From positions 124,001 through 188,000 of the forward strand of contig JBEKTZ010000005.1 in assembly GCA_049515535.1 (NCBI GenBank): 64,000 nucleotides of DNA. The letters are read 5' to 3'. Positions 57,208 through 64,000 of the stretch are shown here, in pieces. The notes beneath the pieces were generated by a model that ran no database searches, was not told the origin of the DNA, and saw nothing but the letters and a program-made list of their open reading frames with translations. Numbering within the stretch: position 1 is the stretch's first letter; each line of letters begins with the position of its first letter. A program made the translations under genes and the position numbers. Source of the stretch: Candidatus Aminicenantales bacterium (GTDB taxonomy: Bacteria > Acidobacteriota > Aminicenantia > Aminicenantales > UBA4085).

Positions 57208-58080
57208 TTATGATTGAGAAATAGCCTCGGTTCCTTCGTTCGATCGTTCGATGAGGATGTCGATTTCTTGAAAGGCCTTGAGGATGTCTTGCGTCGCCTC
57301 CGAATCGGGGAAAGACTGGAACACGGGCCGCCGTTCCATGGTGATCGACAATTGGTAGGGGGAGAGGTAGCGGATCTTCTGCTCGAGGATCCGGATGCGG
57401 TCCCCGTAATTCTTGGTGAACCCGTCGACGACGGTCTTGGATATCTTTCGCCTCAGCTCGAAAGCGTTGATGATCGTGCAGACGATGTTGACCCGAATGC
57501 CGAACTTCTCCTCCAGATTCTTCATGATCTTGAACAGATAATTGATATCGAGATACGAAAAGAGATCCGGCCGGACCACGACGATGATGTTCTGGGCATA
57601 AAGGATGGCCGTCGTCGAGAGGAGCGAATAGTTGGGCTGGGAATCGATCAACACGAAATCGTAAGCGCCGTCCCGGATATGCTCTTCCAGGACCCGTTTG
57701 ATGATGACATTCCGGTGGAGGGCTTGATAAACTTTGCCGTCCGTCGCGGCGCGGTTCAAGAGGTAATTCGTCAGATGCTCGTCCAGTTGCGAGATGCTGT
57801 TGGACGACGGCAGAAGATCGATTTGGTCGTTGATCTTGACCACGTAGTCCGCCAGATTGACGCGGTCTTTCTTCAGATAGTGAACGACGAAATTCTCGAA
57901 ACCCTTTTTCAGGGCCGAGGAGGGGATGTCGGGAAAGGCTTTGACCAGGTTCACCTGGGGATCGAAATCGATGAACAGGACTTTTTTCTTCCGTTTGTCG
58001 GCCAGGTACCATCCATAGTTGTAACACAGGGTGGTTTTCCCCGTGCCTCCCTTTGTGTTGAAAAATACGACTTTTTTCAT
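57208..58080 (-). CDS. ParA/Soj family ATPase (no adjacent parB)
   Basis: KGGTGKTT deviant Walker A, IDFDPQVNL, YDFVLIDSQP. Confidence 0.88.
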   Translation of the reverse strand: MKKVVFFNTKGGTGKTTLCYNYGWYLADKRKKKVLFIDFDPQVNLVKAFPDIPSSALKKGFENFVVHYLKKDRVNLADYVVKINDQIDLLPSSNSISQLDEHLTNYLLNRAATDGKVYQALHRNVIIKRVLEEHIRDGAYDFVLIDSQPNYSLLSTTAILYAQNIIVVVRPDLFSYLDINYLFKIMKNLEEKFGIRVNIVCTIINAFELRRKISKTVVDGFTKNYGDRIRILEQKIRYLSPYQLSITMERRPVFQSFPDSEATQDILKAFQEIDILIERSNEGTEAISQS

Positions 58081-58154
58081 TCCATCTCCGGCTTGTGGCG
58101 CCGCGGTCCGTTGAAAGCGCGGTGTCCGAGCCGGTTCCCGATCCGACCGCCTTT

Positions 58155-58187
58155 ACTATAAAAGAACCATCCGCGCCTGTCAATTTA
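58155..58187 (-). promoter_or_regulatory. Promoter for parA-bactofilin, repeat copy B
   Basis: TTGACA-17-TATAGT. Confidence 0.7.
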
Positions 58188-58297
58188 AAGGTCGGCGGCG
58201 GGGGCCTGGGGAGAATGCCTGTCGGCGGACCCGCTATGTCCCGGGAGGCCGTCCTTTGCCCCTTGTCCGGGAGGGGCTCGTCTGATAAAATCAGGGC

Positions 58298-59830
58298 ATG
58301 AATAAAGTCCTCATCCTCGATTTCGGATCGCAATATACGCAACTCATCGCCCGCAAGATCCGCGAACTCGGCGTTTACTCGGAAATCCTGCCCTTTCACA
58401 CGCCCATTGCGCGGCTGCGGAAAGAGCGCCCCCGGGCGCTCGTCCTTTCCGGGGGACCGCAGAGCGTTTATGAGAAAAGCGCGCCCCGCTCGTCGCCCGA
58501 GATCTTCGCCCTGGGCGTCCCGGTCCTCGGCATTTGCTATGGACTTCAGCTCACGGCGTATCTTCTGGGCGGCGAGGTCCGGCCGTCTTCGAAACGCGAA
58601 TATGGGTTCGCCGCGCTCAAGATCGGCGACAGACGCGGGCTTCTCGACGGCGTCAGGGATCTCGAGCAGGTCTGGATGAGCCACGGCGACCGGCTCGAAA
58701 AACTGCCGCCCGGCTTCCGGATCACGGGCCGGACGGCGAACACCAAAGCGGCCGTCATCGAAGACGCGGACCGCCGTTTCTACGGCGTCCAGTTCCATCC
58801 CGAGGTCATCCACACGAAAGAGGGCAAAAAGATCCTCGGCAATTTCCTCTTCAAGCTGGCCGGCCTCAAGCCCGACTGGAACATGACCTCGTTCATCGAA
58901 CGAAAAGTCAAGGAGATCCGGGCCATGGTCGGCCGGGGCAAGGTCGTCTGCGGCCTGAGCGGCGGCGTGGATTCGCTCGTCACGGCGCTCCTCATCCATA
59001 AAGCCGTGGGCCGACGCCTGACCTGCATCTTCGTGGACAACGGCCTGCTCCGCAAAAGCCAACGCCGCGATCTCATGGACAAATTGCGGAAAATGGCAGG
59101 CCTCAACGTGGACGACGTGGACGCGGCCGGTGAGTTCATCGCCGCGCTCCGGGGCGTGACGTCGCCCGAACGCAAAAGGAAGATCATCGGCGGCCTCTTC
59201 ATCGAGATCTTCGATCGCGAAGCGAAGAAGATCGGCGGCGTGAAGTTCCTCGCCCAGGGCACGATCTATCCCGACGTCATCGAAAGCAACCCCGTCAAAG
59301 GGCCTTCCGCGACCATCAAATCGCACCACAATGTCGGCGGCCTTCCCAAAGACCTCAAATTCAAGCTCGTCGAACCGCTCCGCGAGCTGTTCAAGGATGA
59401 GGTGCGCGCTTTGGCCCTCCAGCTCGGCGTCGACCGGGGCTTCGTGGAGCAGCACCCGTTCCCCGGCCCGGGCCTCGCGGTCCGGATCGTCGGCGAGGTC
59501 AACGACGAGAGCCTCGCGATCGTGCGCGAAGCCGACGAGATCATCATCCAGGAAGTTCGTAACGCGGGCGTTTACAATAAGATATGGCAGGCCTTCGCGG
59601 TCCTGCTGCCGGTCAAATCCGTGGGCGTGATGGGAGATCAGCGGACGTACCAGCGGGTGGCCGTCATCCGCCTCGTCCAGAGCGTGGACGGCATGACGGC
59701 CAATTGGTTCCCCGCGAGCCCCGATCTGCTGGCCCGGATCTCGACGCGCATCGTCAACGAAGTCAAGGGCGTCAACCGCGTCGTCTACGACGTGACGACC
59801 AAGCCGCCGGGCACGATCGAGTGGGAGTAA
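58298..59830 (+). CDS. guaA: GMP synthase
   Basis: LDFGSQYTQLIAR, GICYG, QFHPEV, SGGVDS, IKSHHNVGGLP, KPPGTIEWE. Confidence 0.98.
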   Translation: MNKVLILDFGSQYTQLIARKIRELGVYSEILPFHTPIARLRKERPRALVLSGGPQSVYEKSAPRSSPEIFALGVPVLGICYGLQLTAYLLGGEVRPSSKREYGFAALKIGDRRGLLDGVRDLEQVWMSHGDRLEKLPPGFRITGRTANTKAAVIEDADRRFYGVQFHPEVIHTKEGKKILGNFLFKLAGLKPDWNMTSFIERKVKEIRAMVGRGKVVCGLSGGVDSLVTALLIHKAVGRRLTCIFVDNGLLRKSQRRDLMDKLRKMAGLNVDDVDAAGEFIAALRGVTSPERKRKIIGGLFIEIFDREAKKIGGVKFLAQGTIYPDVIESNPVKGPSATIKSHHNVGGLPKDLKFKLVEPLRELFKDEVRALALQLGVDRGFVEQHPFPGPGLAVRIVGEVNDESLAIVREADEIIIQEVRNAGVYNKIWQAFAVLLPVKSVGVMGDQRTYQRVAVIRLVQSVDGMTANWFPASPDLLARISTRIVNEVKGVNRVVYDVTTKPPGTIEWE

Positions 59831-59831
59831 G

Positions 59832-62800
59832 ATGCCGCAGAGCTTCATCCATCTCCACAACCACAGCGAGTTCAGCATCCTCGACGGCGCCGTCCGCATC
59901 GCCGACCTGGCCGACGCCGCTTTCAAGAACAACATGCCGGCCGTGGCTTTGACCGACCACGGCAATATCTTCGGCGCGGTCCAGTTCTTCAAGGAAGCCA
60001 AGAAAAAGGGGATCAAGCCCATCCTCGGCTGCGAGGCGTACGTCGCGCCCAAGAGCCGGCTCGACCGGCAGGCCGATCAAAGAGACCAGCTCCACTTCCA
60101 TCTCCTGCTTCTGGTCAAAGACGAGGCCGGCTATAAGAACCTCTGCCGCCTTCTGACCAAGGCCTATACCGAAGGGTTCTATTACCGGCCCCGCATCGAC
60201 AAGGAGCTCCTGGCCCAACACAGTGAAGGGCTGATCGGCTTGTCGAGCTGCCTCAAGGGCGAAATTTCCTTCCTCCTGGGCCGGGGTTTAGAAGCCGCCG
60301 CTGAGGCGGCCGCGGGAACCTACGCCGAGATCTTCGGCAAGGGACGCTTCTTTATCGAGCTTCAAGACCACGGCCTCGCCCCCCAAAAAGAGATCAACCC
60401 GCAGCTCATCCGCCTGGCCCGGAAGCTCGCCCTGCCCCTCGTGGCGACGAACGACGTCCATTACTACCGGAAGGAGGACTCCGAGAGCCACGACGCGCTT
60501 CTCTGCATCCAGACGAACAAGAAGTTGAGCGACCAGGACCGGATCCGCTTCGGAACGACCGAGTTCTATTTCAAATCGAGCGAGGAAATGGCCCGCCTTT
60601 TCCACGAGGTCCCGGAAGCTCTTGAGAACACCTCTCATATCGCGGGCCAATGCGATTTCACGTTCCCGACGTCCGGACATTTCCTGCCCCAGTTCAAGCC
60701 GCCCGATGGAAAGGCCCTCAAGGAATATTTCGAGCAGGTCGTCCGCGGGGGCTTCCAGGAGCACATGCAGGCGCTGGCCGGAAAAAGAGAGCAGGGACGG
60801 CTGTCCCATCCGCTCGAGGAATACGAGGAGCGGCTGGATCGCGAGATCAAGCTCATCGAGAGGATGGGATTCGAGGGCTATTTTCTCATTGTCTGGGACC
60901 TGATCCGGATGGCGCGGGCCCATGATATCCCCGTCGGACCGGGCCGGGGATCGGCGGCCGGAAGCCTCCTGGCCTACAGCCTGGGCATCACCGACATCGA
61001 CCCGATCGAATATGACCTCCTCTTCGAGCGGTTCCTCAATCCGGACCGCATCAGCCTGCCCGACATCGATATCGATTTCTGCGGGCGGCGCCGGGAGGAA
61101 GTCATCAAATACGTCACCGAAAAATACGGCCGGGACAACGTCAGCCAGATCATCACCTTCGGGACGATGGCCGCGCGCGCCGCGATCAGGGACGTCGGCC
61201 GCGTCCTCGAAGTGCCGCTCCCTGAAGTGGACCGGATCGCCAAGATGATCCCCTTGGGCCCCGATATGACGATCGAGAAGGCGCTCGAAACCGTCGCCTC
61301 GCTCAAGGAGCTGCGCGACAAGAACCAGAAAATCGCCCACCTTCTGACCATCGCCCAAAAAGTGGAGGGGCAGGTCCGCCATCCCTCGATCCACGCCGCG
61401 GGCATCGTCATCACGCCCAAACCGCTGACCGAGTTCCTGCCGCTCTATCAATCGGTCAAGGGCGAGATCACGACTCAGTTCCCCATGGAGGACGTCGAGT
61501 CCATCGGCCTGCTCAAAATGGACCTCCTCGGCCTGCGCAACCTGACCGTCATCAAGGATACGCTCGACCTCATCGAGAAGGATTTCCGCATAACGATCGA
61601 CATGAAGAGCCTGGCCCTCGACGACGCGAAGACGTATGACCTGTTCAAAGCGGGAAACACCGATGGAGTCTTCCAGTTCGAAAGCCGCGGCATGAAGGAG
61701 CTCTTACGGAGTTACCGGCCCGACCAGTTCCGCGACCTCATCGCCCTCAACGCCCTCTACCGGCCGGGCCCGCTCAAGAGCGGTATGACGGCCGAGTTCA
61801 TCCAACGCAAGCACCATCCCGATCAGATCGCTTATGAGATCCCGGAGCTCGAACCCATCCTCGGGGAGACCCGCGGCATCATCGTCTATCAAGAGCAGGT
61901 CATGAAGATCGCGACCGAACTCGCGGGGTTCACTCTGGCCGAGGCCGACATGCTGCGCAAAGCCATGGGCAAAAAGGTCGGCGAGATCATGAAGTCGCAA
62001 AAGGAGAACTTTCTCAAGGGGGCCAAAAAAAGGGGCATCATCACCCCCGAAAAGGCCAAAAAGCTCTTCGAGAACATCAATAATTTCGCCGAGTACGGGT
62101 TCAACAAATCCCACAGCGCGGCCTACGCGGCCCTCGCCTACCAGACGGCCTACCTCAAAGCCCATTATCCCTACCATTTCATGGCCGCCCTGCTGACGTC
62201 GGAAGCCGAGCGGGGAGGGACGGCCCAGGTCCAGAAATACATCAACGAATGCCAGCAGATGGGGATCTCCGTTCTCCCTCCCGATATCAACGAGAGCGAT
62301 TTCAATTTCACGGTGACGAAGGACGCGGTCCGTTTCGGGCTCGCCGCGGTCAAAAACGTCGGCGAGACGGCGGCCAAGGACCTCATCAAAACCCGGAAGG
62401 AGCACGGGAAGTTCGCCGCGCCGTTCGACGTCGTTGCCAACGCCGACAGCCGCGTCGTCAACCGGAAGGTCCTGGAAAGCCTGATCAAGGCGGGCGCCTT
62501 CGATTCCCTGGGTTACCCGCGGTCCCAGTGCTTTCATCTGATCGACAAGATGATCGAATTCTCGCACGAGATCCAGCGGGCCAAGAGCGCCAAGCAGAAC
62601 TCGCTGTTCGGCGACGGATATGTCGAGCCGCCCGAGATCCCCGCTGAAGTCAAGGGCATGCGCGAATGGGATGAGTCGCTGATGCTTTCCTACGAGAAGG
62701 ACGCGCTCGGTTTTTACATCACCGGGCATCCGCTGGCCCAGTTCAAGAACCTGCGACGCCTGATTTCTCACGCGATCAGCGACCTCGACGACGAGAAAGA

Positions 62801-63308
62801 TTTCAACAGCGAGGTGCGCCTGGCCGGAGTCATCACGATGTTCAGGCCCCTCAAAACGAAGAAGGACGAGCGCATGGCCTCCTTCTATCTGGAGGATATG
62901 AGCGGCCGGGTCGAGGTCGTCGCGTTCCCGGACGCTTTCCGGAAAAATTATGAGCTTCTCCGCGAGGACCAGCTGATCTGGATCAAGGGAAAGTTCCTCG
63001 GAGAGGGCGACAGCCGGAAGGTCCATCTGATGCACGTCATGCCCCTGGCCGAAGCGTTTCAAAAGCAGGCCAAACGCATGGTCATCCGCATTTTCATGCC
63101 GGGCCTGGAAACGGCCATCCTCGATGAATTGAAGGATATCTTGGACAAGGACGCCGGTGAATGCCCCGTCTATTTCGAGCTCGTGACGCCCCATGCCTTC
63201 CGGGTCGTCACCCAATCCGCCGAGGTCAAATCGGTCCTGCCGTCCGACGAGCTGACGAAGACGATCGAACGGCTGCTCGGCGAAGAAGCGGTGTCCATCG
63301 AATATTGA
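59832..63308 (+). CDS. dnaE: DNA polymerase III alpha subunit
   Basis: HLHNHSEFSILDG, GPGRGSAAGS, PDIDIDF, YGFNKSH, LGFYITGHP; no intein. Confidence 0.97.
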   Translation: MPQSFIHLHNHSEFSILDGAVRIADLADAAFKNNMPAVALTDHGNIFGAVQFFKEAKKKGIKPILGCEAYVAPKSRLDRQADQRDQLHFHLLLLVKDEAGYKNLCRLLTKAYTEGFYYRPRIDKELLAQHSEGLIGLSSCLKGEISFLLGRGLEAAAEAAAGTYAEIFGKGRFFIELQDHGLAPQKEINPQLIRLARKLALPLVATNDVHYYRKEDSESHDALLCIQTNKKLSDQDRIRFGTTEFYFKSSEEMARLFHEVPEALENTSHIAGQCDFTFPTSGHFLPQFKPPDGKALKEYFEQVVRGGFQEHMQALAGKREQGRLSHPLEEYEERLDREIKLIERMGFEGYFLIVWDLIRMARAHDIPVGPGRGSAAGSLLAYSLGITDIDPIEYDLLFERFLNPDRISLPDIDIDFCGRRREEVIKYVTEKYGRDNVSQIITFGTMAARAAIRDVGRVLEVPLPEVDRIAKMIPLGPDMTIEKALETVASLKELRDKNQKIAHLLTIAQKVEGQVRHPSIHAAGIVITPKPLTEFLPLYQSVKGEITTQFPMEDVESIGLLKMDLLGLRNLTVIKDTLDLIEKDFRITIDMKSLALDDAKTYDLFKAGNTDGVFQFESRGMKELLRSYRPDQFRDLIALNALYRPGPLKSGMTAEFIQRKHHPDQIAYEIPELEPILGETRGIIVYQEQVMKIATELAGFTLAEADMLRKAMGKKVGEIMKSQKENFLKGAKKRGIITPEKAKKLFENINNFAEYGFNKSHSAAYAALAYQTAYLKAHYPYHFMAALLTSEAERGGTAQVQKYINECQQMGISVLPPDINESDFNFTVTKDAVRFGLAAVKNVGETAAKDLIKTRKEHGKFAAPFDVVANADSRVVNRKVLESLIKAGAFDSLGYPRSQCFHLIDKMIEFSHEIQRAKSAKQNSLFGDGYVEPPEIPAEVKGMREWDESLMLSYEKDALGFYITGHPLAQFKNLRRLISHAISDLDDEKDFNSEVRLAGVITMFRPLKTKKDERMASFYLEDMSGRVEVVAFPDAFRKNYELLREDQLIWIKGKFLGEGDSRKVHLMHVMPLAEAFQKQAKRMVIRIFMPGLETAILDELKDILDKDAGECPVYFELVTPHAFRVVTQSAEVKSVLPSDELTKTIERLLGEEAVSIEY

Positions 63309-63490
63309 GGTCGGCAAGAGAGAAACGGAGGATGTCTTTTTCAGCCGGACGGAGCTTATCGCCCATCAGGTCTGTCTTCTTCGCTCTCAGCCTGACGAGG
63401 GACCGCTGAGTTGAACTCGTTCATGGATTTGACAAGCTTTTTCCGACGTGCTAATTAGATCGAGAGGGCATCTCCGAATGGGATCATGGT

Positions 63491-64000
63491 ATGGCCTATA
63501 AAGTCGTCGTAGCCGACGGTTCTCCGTCCGTGCAGAAGGCGGCGGAACTCGCCCTTCCGGGCCCGGAGTTCGAAATCTTCTCGTTCGCCGACGGGCTCGA
63601 GGCCATCAACGCGATTCCGGGCCTCCGCCCCGACGCCGTCCTCTCCGGCCTCTCTCTTCCGACCAAGGACGGCTATGAACTGGCGAGTTTCGTGAGGTCG
63701 CAGGAGAGCGGCCGGCAGATCGCCCTGTTCTTTCTCCGCGGCGCCTTCGAGCCGCTGGATTTTCAAAAAATCGGGCAGACTCAAAACGACGGGATCATCG
63801 TCGAGCCCTTTGACGGCGTAACGCTGTCTGGTCTCGTCAGGGAAGCGATCGACAGGAAAAAAGAGCTTCCTTCCATTCCCGAGGAGTCGGCGCTGGAGTC
63901 GGCCGTCCTGCCCGGGCCGCCGCCGGACGCACCCATCGCAGCCGACGGGACGGCTGATCTGGAAAAGAGGGTCCGGGACCTGGTCAAGGAAGAGATCCGA
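63491..64000 (+). CDS. Atypical receiver-domain protein with Pro-rich linker (partial; runs off window)
   Basis: Manual translation MAYKVVVADGS..DGLEA..PDAVLSGLSLPTKDGYEL..LRGAFEPLD..VEPFD; TTGACA upstream at 63429. Confidence 0.8.
   Translation, partial: MAYKVVVADGSPSVQKAAELALPGPEFEIFSFADGLEAINAIPGLRPDAVLSGLSLPTKDGYELASFVRSQESGRQIALFFLRGAFEPLDFQKIGQTQNDGIIVEPFDGVTLSGLVREAIDRKKELPSIPEESALESAVLPGPPPDAPIAADGTADLEKRVRDLVKEEIR

Noticed and set aside
56699..60052. 1117-aa minus-strand ORF
   Set aside because: Only the last 161 aa (bactofilin, with its own RBS) look real; the rest is the antisense shadow of guaA and an alternate frame of parA, as expected from GC-rich codon bias.
59832..63308. 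Inteins in dnaE or dnaB; island integrated at the guaA 3' end
   Set aside because: Protein lengths are standard with no splice motifs; guaA is followed directly by dnaE and there is no integrase.

Overview
GC-rich Gram-negative bacterial chromosome segment around the replication origin, with dnaA-dnaN and DnaA boxes on both sides of dnaA. The gene style suggests an anaerobic Acidobacteriota/Aminicenantia-like organism; this is inference only. Most of the window is housekeeping: mlaFED, dnaB, rpsF-rpsR-rplI, ispE-tRNA-Gln-prs-rplY-pth, waaF/gmhB, rel, folD, polA, yceD-rpmF-fabG-acpP-fabF, etfBA, an amidase, apgM, guaA and dnaE. Notable items: (i) a 12-gene group 4 [NiFe]-hydrogenase operon carrying the 11-subunit complex I-like inventory (NuoA/J/K-like subunits and three antiporter subunits) plus a maturation protease; (ii) a ~93-bp triple-hairpin repeat present twice, one copy lying in frame in a plsX N-terminal relic where plsX-fabH-fabD usually sit; (iii) tRNA-Gln entirely embedded in the ispE reading frame; (iv) an operon of a TPR lipoprotein, a second lipoprotein and a metallopeptidase-propeller-Omp85 protein beside dnaA; (v) an AT-rich intergenic segment with interleaved inverted repeats; (vi) an orphan ParA-bactofilin cassette bracketed by a duplicated promoter; (vii) several apparently leaderless promoters. 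No CRISPR array, prophage or intact transposase was seen. All calls come from motif recognition by eye, with no database searches.
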